In this document: piece after piece, positions 43,276-52,648 of the stretch
Numbering within the stretch: position 1 is the stretch's first letter
How the letters are laid out: the number at the start of each line of letters is the position of its first letter
Made by a program: the position numbers and the translations under genes
The notes under the pieces: model-generated
What the model saw: the letters and a program-made list of their open reading frames with translations, nothing else
Database searches by the model: none
What the model was told of the DNA's origin: nothing
Assembly: GCA_963779985.1 (NCBI GenBank)
Contig: CAVZZW010000004.1
Coordinates: 1,527,624-1,591,623 of the forward strand
Length of the DNA stretch: 64,000 nt
Direction of reading: 5' to 3'
Source: an uncultured Gammaproteobacteria bacterium
Lineage (GTDB): Bacteria > Pseudomonadota > Gammaproteobacteria > Steroidobacterales > Steroidobacteraceae

Positions 43276-44127
43276 TCAATCGGCGCCGTATAGGGGCTTT
43301 TTCAAGCGCCAGCGGCGATAGGACCAGAGCCAGTCGGCGGGACTCTCGAGCACGTCGGCTTCGCAGGCGCGCGCATAGCGCTCGGTCATTGCATTCGGTT
43401 CTGCCGCCTCGCGTCCATCCCACAGCGGGCGCAGCTCGACTTCGTAGTAGCCGCGGCGCATTCGGCGCACCCGCGCGTATAGGATGGGCAGGCGCGTCGC
43501 GCGCGCGATCTGCTCGGCGCCGATGTAGAACGCCGTGTCCTGCCCCAAGAATCGCGTCCAGTAGCGCTTGTCCGTCGAGACCGGAGCTTGGTCGGCGTTC
43601 ATCGCCACCGCCCGCACGATGCCCCGCCGCCGCAGAAAGTCCGCCAACAATTCCTTGGCGGGCACCAGCCGAGCCCCGAACCGGGACCGGATGCGCAGCA
43701 TCAACCGCTCCGCCCATTGATCGTGCAAGGGCTTGTAGGCGGCATCGACTGGATAGCCCAATTGCAGCGCCACGCCGTGCAGCAGCCACTCCCAATTACA
43801 CAGGTGCGAGGTCACCAGCATGACGGATTGGCCGGCATCCAAATGCCGCCGCGCGGCCTCCAGATTCACGATCCGCACGCGGGCGCGCATGTCCGCTTCG
43901 GTCATCGACACCGACTTCAGCACCTCGACCACGACATCGCAGAAGTTCCCGAGGAATCGCTTATGGACACGCTCACGTTCGGCGTCGCTCCACTCCGGAA
44001 AGACTTTTTCGAGCTGTTCGCGAATCACCCCATGCCGATGCCGCACCACATAGAATGCCAGTAGGTACAGAAAGGAAGAAAATACGTAAAGTGCCCGCAG
44101 GGGCACGCGGGAGAACAATTTGATCAT
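43276..44127 (-). CDS. LpxL/HtrB-family (lipid A secondary / lysophospholipid) acyltransferase
   Basis: N-terminal TM segment, the HX4E-type box TSHLCNWEW, and a C-terminal WLWSYRRWR typical of the family. Confidence 0.72.
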   Translation of the reverse strand: MIKLFSRVPLRALYVFSSFLYLLAFYVVRHRHGVIREQLEKVFPEWSDAERERVHKRFLGNFCDVVVEVLKSVSMTEADMRARVRIVNLEAARRHLDAGQSVMLVTSHLCNWEWLLHGVALQLGYPVDAAYKPLHDQWAERLMLRIRSRFGARLVPAKELLADFLRRRGIVRAVAMNADQAPVSTDKRYWTRFLGQDTAFYIGAEQIARATRLPILYARVRRMRRGYYEVELRPLWDGREAAEPNAMTERYARACEADVLESPADWLWSYRRWRLKKPLYGAD

Positions 44128-44196
44128 GGGCGGTCCAGTTTACGGTATTCAGTCGTCGATATCCGGAATTTCCAGAATGTTACGTTCATATCCACC

Positions 44197-44748
44197 ATGA
44201 AGAAAATCACGCCCAGGGAATTCAGCGATGCCTTCGTGGCGGTCATGCAGGCCGAGCGCAACAGCTTGCGCACGGCGGCGAGCTTCGAAGCCAAATCCTA
44301 TACGTACTTCATGCGCACCAATATCTTCCCCAAGATCGCGCGGCATCTCGGTCTGCTGGCTTGGAACAAGGAGTACTACGCCCTCGATGGGATGTTTTAT
44401 GAAGAACGGGGCAGGGATAGTTTCGGCAAATACACGACGTATGCCAAATGGATATCGGTTGCCCTGGAACACGCATACAAACCGGCGAGAACGTACGAAG
44501 AGATCAATAAGCTGCAGATGTTCAACGCCCCGCTGAAAGTATTGATCACCTACGCGGCCGAAGGTGCCGAAGAAGATGCACTCTTGCGCAAGTATGAGTC
44601 GGTCATCAGTGAATCCGATGTGTTCAATGACGTCGCAACTCTTCGGCAACAACTCGTCATTCTCGCAACATCCAAGGCACTCCAGGAGTGGCGCTTCTAC
44701 ACTTACGAAAACGACGGCTTCGTGCTGATGCTACCGCGCACGGCCTGA
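44197..44748 (+). CDS. Hypothetical protein, no recognised domain
   Basis: 183-aa ORF with Lys/Glu/Tyr-rich, protein-like composition. The overlapping minus ORF 44149..44652 is Arg-rich and looks antisense. Confidence 0.5.
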   Translation: MKKITPREFSDAFVAVMQAERNSLRTAASFEAKSYTYFMRTNIFPKIARHLGLLAWNKEYYALDGMFYEERGRDSFGKYTTYAKWISVALEHAYKPARTYEEINKLQMFNAPLKVLITYAAEGAEEDALLRKYESVISESDVFNDVATLRQQLVILATSKALQEWRFYTYENDGFVLMLPRTA

Positions 44749-44925
44749 TATATATCTCGCCGGGCTTTCCGCACCGCCGCATCGAACAGCCGCCAAGCGA
44801 GAGCCCGCCAATTTGTTGCATGGCAAGGGGCATCCTTGCGGTTAAGATGCTCCGGTCGAGTCTAAGATCCGGGCTCGCTTCCGGCGCGCCCTTCATAAGA
44901 ATGCCAAATCACTCAAGGGGACGTT

Positions 44926-45372
44926 ATGAGAATCAAAGACCACCCCGCCGCGTTTGCGGCCTTCCTTGCTCTTACGTTGTTTAGCGTTGCCGCGCTCGCC
45001 GATGAACATCCATTCACAGAAGGACAGGTCATCAACGTATCTGCGATACGGACGGAGTACGGGAAGTTTGACGACTACATGAGGTTTCTCGCCACCACGT
45101 GGAAGGCAACGCAGGAGGCGGCGAAAAAGGCGGGTTACATCACCGGCTACAGGGTAGTTACGGTAGAGCCACGCGGTGAAAATGATCCGGACATTTACCT
45201 GGTGGTCTATTACAAGAACTGGGCGGCGTTGGACGGCGCGACCGCCAAGGGCGACGCAATAGCGAACCAAGTGGAAGGATCCGTTGCGGCCGCGAACAAA
45301 GGCGCTGTTGACCGCGGCAAGATCCGTCGAATTCTCGGTTCATGGACCGGGCAGCAGCTCGACCTGAAATAA
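44926..45372 (+). CDS. Exported hypothetical protein
   Basis: Signal peptide AAFLALTLFSVAALA. 148 aa. Confidence 0.55.
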   Translation: MRIKDHPAAFAAFLALTLFSVAALADEHPFTEGQVINVSAIRTEYGKFDDYMRFLATTWKATQEAAKKAGYITGYRVVTVEPRGENDPDIYLVVYYKNWAALDGATAKGDAIANQVEGSVAAANKGAVDRGKIRRILGSWTGQQLDLK

Positions 45373-45397
45373 CGCAGGGATCGCGAAGCGCAGAACT

Positions 45398-45424
45398 GAA
45401 AGCCGGGCCTCAAACCCGGCTTTC
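45398..45424. terminator. Hairpin between convergent genes
   Basis: GAAAGCCGGG-CCTCAAA-CCCGGCTTTC. Confidence 0.55.
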
Positions 45425-45514
45425 TCCACCCGCCAACACCACCACAGCAGCCACGCGCCCGCTGGATGGGCGGGCCCTTCACCGACCCGTACCAACAAAA
45501 CAAACAACAGTCCC

Positions 45515-45805
45515 TCAGACGCCCGGCACGATCCGCACATCGCGCACGGCGCCACCGTCCAATGCCGCGAGGGCCTGTTGATATCCCGGGCTATCGTGTG
45601 CGGCGATCGCCTGCTCCACCGATTCGAACTCGATCACCACAGTACGTTCCGACTGCCCGGCCTCGTAAATTTTGGTGGGCGTTCCCCGCACCAAAAAGCG
45701 CCCTCCTCCCGCCTCGATGGACGGACCCGCAAGCTTCGCGTAGGCAGACAGCTTCGCCGGATCTGAAATCTCGCGGTAACAAGTAATCCAATACGCCTTG
45801 GCCAT
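45515..45805 (-). CDS. DUF1330-like protein
   Basis: MAKAYWITCYREISDPAKLSAYAKLAGPSIEAGGGRFLVRG..VVIEFESVEQAIAAHDSPGYQ. Confidence 0.65.
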   Translation of the reverse strand: MAKAYWITCYREISDPAKLSAYAKLAGPSIEAGGGRFLVRGTPTKIYEAGQSERTVVIEFESVEQAIAAHDSPGYQQALAALDGGAVRDVRIVPGV

Positions 45806-46008
45806 AAAAGCTGCGTCCTCGCACGGTGTCTGAGAAACCCGGACCTTATCAAGACGTGAGTATGCCCGGCGCGTCGATCACCATCCAGCGGTGATTGCAC
45901 ACTCGAAGCTCGCTACCCCGACTCGAGCGACGGATCGGCGACGTGCGTCGTGACCAAGTCTGTCGTATGCTCGCCAACTCACAACAAGTGGCTCCAAAGG
46001 ACCGAAGA

Positions 46009-47892
46009 ATGAGAACGAGCTTTACGGTTACTCGGTTGGCAACGCTGCTGTGCGCGGCCGCGATCATGGGCAATTCAATGCAGGCCGCGCAGGCGCGCAC
46101 TCAAAAACCCGCCCTTCATGGCCAGCACTGGATGGCCGTCACCGGCAAACCGCTGGCGGCAACGGCCGGGGCAATGATCTTTCAAAAAGGCGGCAACGCG
46201 GTGGACGCCGCGTGCGCCATGATTGCCGCAACCTCCACCATGTGGGATACGCTTTCCTGGGGCGGCGAAACCCAGGCGCTGATCTACAACCCGAACACGG
46301 GCAAGGTCATCGGCATCAATGCGCTCGGCATCGCACCCACCGGGGCGACACCGGAGTTCTTTCACAAGAAGGGCATGAACTATCCGCCCGAGTTCGGCCC
46401 GCTCGCGGCAGTGACCCCCGGAACGCCGGGCGGCCTGATGACCATGCTCGCGGAGTACGGCACCATGAGTCTCGCCGACGTGCTGGCCCCCGCGATCCAA
46501 ATGGCCGACGGTTATCCGATGGAGGCGGAACTGTCCAACACCATCGAGAAATACAAGGACAAGATTGCGCAGTGGCCCTACTCGAAGCGCACCCTCCTCA
46601 TCCATCCCGGCGAGGCGCGGGAGGGCCCGCAACCCGGCGAGATCTTCCGCCAGCCGGAACTCGCGGCGACCCTGCGCAAAATGGTGGAAGCGGAGCACAA
46701 GGCTCGTGCGGCCGGCAAGGACCGCAAGGCAGCGATCTACGCCGCATACGATCGCTTCTACAAGGGCGATATCGCGCAGGAATTGGTGCGCGGTACTCGT
46801 GAACAGGGCGGCCTGTTCACGCTGGAGGACTTGGCCAAGTGGAAAGTGCACATCGAAGAGCCCGTGCACACGAACTACAAGGGCATCGAGGTCTACAAGC
46901 TCACGACCTGGGTGCAGAGCCCGGTGATGCTCCAGGCTCTGAACATCCTGGAGAACTTCGACCTGAAATCGATGGGCTACGACAGCGCCCGCTACATCCA
47001 TACGCTGTACCAGACCATGAACCTGGCCTATGCCGATCGCGACTTCTATTACGGCGACCCGTACTTTCAACCTGAGTCGCCGATTCGCGGACTGCTGTCG
47101 AAAGACTACGCGCGGGAGCGGGCGAAGCTGATCCAACCCGATCACAATGATCCGGACATCCGCCCCGGCGATCCGTATCCGTACCAGGGCGGCAAGAATC
47201 CCTTCACGGCGATTCTGCAGAAGTGGCACAGCAAGATGCCCACTGCAACTCCGGCTGCCGCAGCGGAGTGGAGTCCGACGGCGCTCGTCGAGTACGACCG
47301 CACGTTCAGGCTCGGTACGACGAGCGTCGAGGCCACGGATGAAAAGGGCTGGGCAGTGTCGGTAACGCCCAGCGGCGGCTGGACTCCGGCCGTGATCGCG
47401 GGTCACACCGGCGTGGGCTTGAGCCAGCGCATGCAGAGTTTCGTACTCGATGCGTCCGAGAACCCATTCAATGTGCTGGAGCCCGGCAAGCGTCCGCGCG
47501 CAACGCTTACGCCGACGCTGGCCCTGAAAGACGGCAAGCCGTTCCTCGTGTTCTCCGTGCAAGGCGGCGACACCCAGGATCAAAACCTGCTGCAGTTCTT
47601 CCTCAACGTGGTCGAGTTCGGAATGACCCCGCAGGAAGCCACCGAGGCCGCCAACATCACCAGCTACCAGATGCGCGACTCATTCGGAACTCATGAGTCG
47701 ATCCCCGGCCGCCTCACGGTGAACACAGCGACGCCGGTCTGGGTGCGCCAGGAACTGGTGCGCATGGGGTACAAACTCGACTTCGAAGAACGCAGCTCCG
47801 GTCCGATCAACGCGATCGAGCTCGATCGGGTGCACGGTACGATGTGGGGCGGCTCGAGCAACCACGGCGAGGACTACGGCATCGGATGGTGA
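46009..47892 (+). CDS. ggt: Exported gamma-glutamyltransferase family protein
   Basis: Signal peptide. GGNAVDAACAM is present. The autoprocessing region FRLGTTSVEATD has the nucleophile Thr. GG.TQDQ and GSSNHGEDYG are present. ATG at 46009. Confidence 0.85.
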   Translation: MRTSFTVTRLATLLCAAAIMGNSMQAAQARTQKPALHGQHWMAVTGKPLAATAGAMIFQKGGNAVDAACAMIAATSTMWDTLSWGGETQALIYNPNTGKVIGINALGIAPTGATPEFFHKKGMNYPPEFGPLAAVTPGTPGGLMTMLAEYGTMSLADVLAPAIQMADGYPMEAELSNTIEKYKDKIAQWPYSKRTLLIHPGEAREGPQPGEIFRQPELAATLRKMVEAEHKARAAGKDRKAAIYAAYDRFYKGDIAQELVRGTREQGGLFTLEDLAKWKVHIEEPVHTNYKGIEVYKLTTWVQSPVMLQALNILENFDLKSMGYDSARYIHTLYQTMNLAYADRDFYYGDPYFQPESPIRGLLSKDYARERAKLIQPDHNDPDIRPGDPYPYQGGKNPFTAILQKWHSKMPTATPAAAAEWSPTALVEYDRTFRLGTTSVEATDEKGWAVSVTPSGGWTPAVIAGHTGVGLSQRMQSFVLDASENPFNVLEPGKRPRATLTPTLALKDGKPFLVFSVQGGDTQDQNLLQFFLNVVEFGMTPQEATEAANITSYQMRDSFGTHESIPGRLTVNTATPVWVRQELVRMGYKLDFEERSSGPINAIELDRVHGTMWGGSSNHGEDYGIGW

Positions 47893-47917
47893 TTGCCTAC
47901 AGAGGCGACGCAATCTG

Positions 47918-47947
47918 ACAGGCGGCCCTGATCGCAGGGCCGCCTGT
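47918..47947 (+). terminator. 13-bp stem hairpin after ggt
   Basis: ACAGGCGGCCCTG-ATCG-CAGGGCCGCCTGT. Confidence 0.55.
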
Positions 47948-48056
47948 TCGTACAATCGCTGCCGATGACCGAGCGCGCACCCCCGAGCCAAGCATTCCCC
48001 GTCCGCGTCTGTGTCACGGTGCTTCCCTCCGGCGCCCAACATGTCAGCGCCGGCCC

Positions 48057-48534
48057 TCAGGGCAAACTCCGGTCAAGCGCCGCGACCTCGGCGGCAGTGA
48101 TCGAGTCCTTGTATCGATTGCCGAAATGCGTGCGAACGTAGTTGATCACGGCCGCCATTTGGTCCGTGCTCAAGGTCGCAGGCGGACCGCCGAATCCGAT
48201 GGCATGCCTGACGCCGAACGCCGGCATGTTACGCCGGCCGGTAAGGATCGTCAGCGCCATGTACTGCCGCGACGCCAGGGATCGATTATTCGCGAGAGCC
48301 GGGTAATGCCCCGCCCCAACCGCCCCCTGGCCACGCCTGCATATGGCACCCCTGGCAGATCTGCTCGAAGATTTGCCGGCCATCGGTCGTATTCAAAGTC
48401 GCGGGGTCGAAAATCCCGGCGGTGCCGGCCCGCACGGGTGTATCGACCAGGGAAACGGCCGCGAACGCCAGCCAAAAAACGACGCCGGCTCCTAACCAGC
48501 CCACAGCGGCCAGATATAGTTTGCGCGCATTCAT
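48057..48534 (-). CDS. Membrane-anchored/exported class I cytochrome c; frameshift near 48340
   Basis: MNARKLYLAAVGWLGAGVVFWLAF..FEQICQGCHM (CxxCH) is in ORF 48286..48723. The distal ..NMPAFG.. Met-ligand region is in ORF 48057..48383. The start overlaps the upstream stop (ATGA). Confidence 0.75.
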
Positions 48535-50141
48535 GCGACGGCTCCTGCTGCGACGGCGCGCCGATGCAGCCGGTCGATCGCATCGAGCGCCGAGGTGACG
48601 GCGCCTTCTTGCCAAGCGGGCAAGTAGGAAGCGTGTTCTCCCGCGAGGACGATGCGGCCGTCGAATCCACACAAATTGTCGTAGTGCTGAGCACGGGTCG
48701 CCTCTGTCCATAGGCCGAAACAACCCATCGCGAACGGTGTCCGATGCCAGGCGACCGCGATCCCGTTATCGAACTCCTCACGGTATTGCGGATGGATGTT
48801 GCTGCCGTATTCGACGGCCTTTGCAACGCGCTCTGCCGGTGTCATCGACGTGAACTCCATGGAATTGAGCATGTCCCAGATATACGCGCCCAGCAACACG
48901 CCCTTGCCGTTGCTGAAAAATCCGCTGCTCGGATAGCTGATCTGACCGATCGGCAGGTCGGTATACGTAACTCCGCCGTAGATCTGCTCGTCCTCTTCCC
49001 AGAAGCGACGCTTGAACTGCAAGCCTACTTTGAGTGACGTGCAGTAGGGAACCGCGGCGATCGCCGCAGCCATCGGACCACCGACGTTCATTGGAATCTG
49101 GCCCAGGATCGACAGAGGAATCGTGCAGACGCACCAGTCCGCTTGCACCGTCTGCCGGCCGGATCCACCGACCGTATCCTCATAGGTGGCGCGGACACCC
49201 CGCTCGTCTTGATGTATGTCGACGACCTTGGCGTTGTAGCGAATCAACGGTGCCAGCTCACGCGCAAATGCCTGACCCACTTGGCCCATGCCGCCGACCG
49301 GCTGGAACATCGTCGTCTGAAAATCGTACATTTCGCCGAACGGCAGCGCGGCCCAGAGACCGGAGCTCAGCAGATCGCTCAGGCCGACGGGCTCCGAATA
49401 CTGCGGCCGCCCACTGAGGCCGCCGCCCGGATCCCGTACATAGCCGCGCCGATCACTGCTTGCCCCGCCACTCACATATTTGAAATTCTTATCGAGCGCA
49501 CCCCAGAACTGCAGCGAGTCGAGCAGCTTTGCCCGATCTTCAACGGTTACATCCGCATCGAGAGAGTCACGTTGAGCGGCCTTCGCCAGCAGTTCGGCGA
49601 CATGACCCTGATAATCAGCCTTGACGGCGCGCCAACGCTGCGGCTTGCCGCCGAACGCCTTGCGGCTGTGCACGTACGCGTTGTGATTGATTTGCACGAA
49701 GGGCTCGAGTGCGACGCCGAGCCGCTTGCAGTAGCTCAGCATCCCTCGATGATGATACGGCAGGCGCCACGGGCCGGGATTGATGTAATGACCCGGATCG
49801 AAGCGGCACTCCTGGGTGTCCCCGCCCAATTCCGTATAGCGGTCGCCGCCGCGCAGCGTCCAGTTGCGCCCGCCGGCCCGGCCGTTGTACTCGAGTACCT
49901 GGACTCGGTAGCCGGCGTTGCGCAATTCGTAAGCGGCCACGAGTCCTGCAATACCGGCGCCGAGCACGAGGACCGAGGCACCCTTCGGGGCGGCGCTCAA
50001 CTGCATCGGCCGCGTGAAATTGGTTTCGGCCGCAAAGCCGAGACTGTGCATCGCCTGGTACATCGCCGTACTACCGGCGCTCATTCCGATCATCGTCAGC
50101 AACCGACGCCGCGAAATCGATCTCTCTGGATCTTTATTCAT
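48531..50141 (-). CDS. Tat-exported flavin-containing amine oxidase family protein
   Basis: Twin-arginine SRRRLLTMIG. FAD fold VLVLGAGIAGLVAAYEL..VLEYNGRAGGR. C-terminal LAGEHAS. Confidence 0.85.
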   Translation of the reverse strand: MNKDPERSISRRRLLTMIGMSAGSTAMYQAMHSLGFAAETNFTRPMQLSAAPKGASVLVLGAGIAGLVAAYELRNAGYRVQVLEYNGRAGGRNWTLRGGDRYTELGGDTQECRFDPGHYINPGPWRLPYHHRGMLSYCKRLGVALEPFVQINHNAYVHSRKAFGGKPQRWRAVKADYQGHVAELLAKAAQRDSLDADVTVEDRAKLLDSLQFWGALDKNFKYVSGGASSDRRGYVRDPGGGLSGRPQYSEPVGLSDLLSSGLWAALPFGEMYDFQTTMFQPVGGMGQVGQAFARELAPLIRYNAKVVDIHQDERGVRATYEDTVGGSGRQTVQADWCVCTIPLSILGQIPMNVGGPMAAAIAAVPYCTSLKVGLQFKRRFWEEDEQIYGGVTYTDLPIGQISYPSSGFFSNGKGVLLGAYIWDMLNSMEFTSMTPAERVAKAVEYGSNIHPQYREEFDNGIAVAWHRTPFAMGCFGLWTEATRAQHYDNLCGFDGRIVLAGEHASYLPAWQEGAVTSALDAIDRLHRRAVAAGAVA

Positions 50142-50371
50142 ACGATCCCGCTCATTGTGTGAATGGCGAAAGGCAGCATAAACGAAACTCCACGACTTGG
50201 GTCGGACGATTCAGACCCTCTGCGCGCTCACACGCACCCAACTCTCACAATCTTGGTTTCGCCACCAGCAAATAGAAAGCAATGAGCACGCCGATGAATG
50301 CGGGCCACCGCAGCGCAAACCATCGGCGAAGCTAGAGATGCTAAGATACCGGCACATCTTTGGAGATCCTC

Positions 50372-50998
50372 ATGCTTCTCTACGTTGATTCCAATTTTGC
50401 CAGTCCCTATGCCTTGGTCGCGTTCGTCAGCCTTCTTGAGAAAGGCTTGAAGTTCGACGTCAAGCCCCTCGAACTATTCGCGAAAGCCCAGCAGCAACCG
50501 GCGTTCGCCTCGACTTCGATCACCAGGCGCGTGCCGACGCTCATGCACGACGACTTCGCATTGTCGGAATCCTCCGCGATCTGCGAGTATATAGACGAGA
50601 CTTTTGCGGGCACCCGTTTGTATCCCACGAACTTACGCGACCGAGCGCGAGCGCGGCAAGTTCAAGCGTGGATGCGCAGCGATCTGATGCCGATTCGCGA
50701 GGAGCGGCCCACATTCGTCGTGTTCTGTGGAGCCCGCAGGCCCGCGCTATCGACGCAGGCCATTGAAGCCACCGATAAGCTATTTGCTGCGGCCCTTCAG
50801 TTGCTCGACGGTCGCACCGACAACCTATTCGGCCAGTGGTCGATTGCGGATGTGGATCTGGCCATGATGCTGCAACGCCTGGTGGCGCACGGTGATCCGG
50901 TACCTCCTCGGCTCGTCGACTATGCCAACCACCAATGGCGTCGACCCACAGTACAACAATGGATCAACCATACGCGTCCTCCGCTCACCGAGTACTGA
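50372..50998 (+). CDS. Glutathione S-transferase family protein
   Basis: LYVDSNFASPYALVAFVSLLEKGL..VPTLMHDDFALSESSAICEYI (GST N-domain). Confidence 0.72.
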   Translation: MLLYVDSNFASPYALVAFVSLLEKGLKFDVKPLELFAKAQQQPAFASTSITRRVPTLMHDDFALSESSAICEYIDETFAGTRLYPTNLRDRARARQVQAWMRSDLMPIREERPTFVVFCGARRPALSTQAIEATDKLFAAALQLLDGRTDNLFGQWSIADVDLAMMLQRLVAHGDPVPPRLVDYANHQWRRPTVQQWINHTRPPLTEY

Positions 50999-51149
50999 GA
51001 GCGAGTTGCAGAAGCACCGCAAACGCACTTAGCTTCGCGCAGGTGTCGAGGGCGGCACCTTCGTGCCGATTCACGCGACTTCAGTTGTCTGCGCGACTGA
51101 GCGCGGGTTACGCTTTTGACTTTACTGATTACGAATGAGGTTTTTGGCC

Positions 51150-51842
51150 ATGGGAACGACAACGTCTTTCAATCGCCCTGACGGTAAAAAGGTAGAGGGC
51201 TATCTCGCCGAACCGACAAATGCCGCCAACGCCCCTGGAGTTGTGGTGATTCAGGAATGGTGGGGCGTCAACGACCAGATCCGTGGGGTTGCTGACCGCC
51301 TGGCATTTGCCGGATACCGTGCCCTCGTGCCCGACCTTTACCGCGGTAAATCCACCGTCGAGTCCGAGGAAGCTCACCATCTGATGACGGCCCTGAATTT
51401 TGCCGATGCCGCGTCGCAAGATATTCGCGGCGCCGTGCAATTTCTAAATGCCCGCGGCAGCAAGGTCGGCGTGACCGGCTTTTGCATGGGCGGCGCGCTG
51501 ACGCTACTGACCGCGTGCATGGCTCCGGAAATCGACGCCGCCGTCGTTTGGTACGGCTGTCCCCCGCTCGAGTACATCGATGCAGCCAAAATCAAGGCCC
51601 CTATCCAGGGGCATTGGGCCACGCAAGACGAATTTTTCAAGATCGCCACTATCGATCAGCTGGAGGACAAGCTCCGCACCGCGAATGTGACCTATGATTT
51701 CCATCGGTATCTCGCGCACCACGCGTTCGCCAATGAGACCGCCGTCGGTCCGCACCGTATTCCGCAAACCCAATACGACACCGCCTGGTCACAACAGGCG
51801 TGGGATCGCACCTTCAGATTCTTCGGTCGTTGGCTCGGCTAA
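51150..51842 (+). CDS. Dienelactone hydrolase family protein
   Basis: GVVVIQEWWG, nucleophile elbow GFCMGG, and a C-terminal H. The start is set at the second ATG, which has GAGG 9 nt upstream. Confidence 0.8.
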   Translation: MGTTTSFNRPDGKKVEGYLAEPTNAANAPGVVVIQEWWGVNDQIRGVADRLAFAGYRALVPDLYRGKSTVESEEAHHLMTALNFADAASQDIRGAVQFLNARGSKVGVTGFCMGGALTLLTACMAPEIDAAVVWYGCPPLEYIDAAKIKAPIQGHWATQDEFFKIATIDQLEDKLRTANVTYDFHRYLAHHAFANETAVGPHRIPQTQYDTAWSQQAWDRTFRFFGRWLG

Positions 51843-51885
51843 AGGGAGCGAACTCCACCTGAACTCCATTTGTGCTCTCTGAACT

Positions 51886-51912
51886 CCAGCACCGCCGCCA
51901 CGGCGGTGCTGG
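51886..51912 (+). terminator. 12-bp stem hairpin after the hydrolase gene
   Basis: CCAGCACCGCCG-CCA-CGGCGGTGCTGG. Confidence 0.5.
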
Positions 51913-52320
51913 GACGCAGCATGGTTACTAAATGGCTCGCCGGACGTTGACGATGACCTCGTCGATCCCGCGAACGTCTTGTTCATGAACTGCCGAGCCC
52001 GCCGCCACTGCTCCCGCGGGATGATTGACAGTCGTCGCGGCCGGCTGCCCGAACACCAGGAACACAGCTGCCGATTGCGTAAATACTGCCAAAACGGCCG
52101 CAATGGAATGAATAATATTGCTGCGCATGCGTAGTCCTCCGCAGAAATCCGATGAACTGTCGCAGACCTACTCTACGTCGGTATGGGCAACCATTGAGCG
52201 TGCGCCGCTCGTACAAGCGAGATCGAAAGACATCGATTCCATCACGAAATAGCAGGAATCATTGCCCGTCCTCAGCCCTCTGCCCGAGCGGATCTCGTGC
52301 AAACGCGCTCAATGCCATCC

Positions 52321-52551
52321 TTAGCGTTTATTCGCGGGGAGAATTGGATTGCGACGAGACCTCGCCAGGGTCTGATATGTCTCTGTGCGCTGCTGGGCGT
52401 TTTGTAAAATGACACCGCGCCGATGATCATCGACCACGCCCCATTCCTTGATCTCCTCCAAGGATCGAAAGCAGCCGAGACATGTAAGGTCATCGTCTAG
52501 ACAACAATTCCTTATGCACGGGGATTGAGCGGAGCTGCCAACATCACTCAT
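52321..52551 (-). CDS. DUF1289-like small Cys-rich protein
   Basis: SPCIRNCCLDDDLTCLGCFRSLEEIKEW pattern. ATG at 52551 within ORF 52321..52755. Confidence 0.6.
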   Translation of the reverse strand: MSDVGSSAQSPCIRNCCLDDDLTCLGCFRSLEEIKEWGVVDDHRRGVILQNAQQRTETYQTLARSRRNPILPANKR

Positions 52552-52648
52552 TGATGACCAACCGAATTGCGAGGCCTCAGATTTGATCACAGAGGCTGAC
52601 GAGAATCCGGGCAATGCATCACACGATATATTTATGTTACGCCGTCGA

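Noticed and set aside
51850-51888. Three copies of GAACTCCA within 39 nt after the hydrolase stop
   Set aside because: The copies are too short and too few to distinguish from chance, and they sit next to an ordinary terminator hairpin.
51928-52128. 66-aa minus-strand ORF with a hydrophobic N-terminus, considered as a small exported peptide
   Set aside because: It has no ribosome-binding site or recognisable motif, and it lies in a region with several equally plausible short ORFs.
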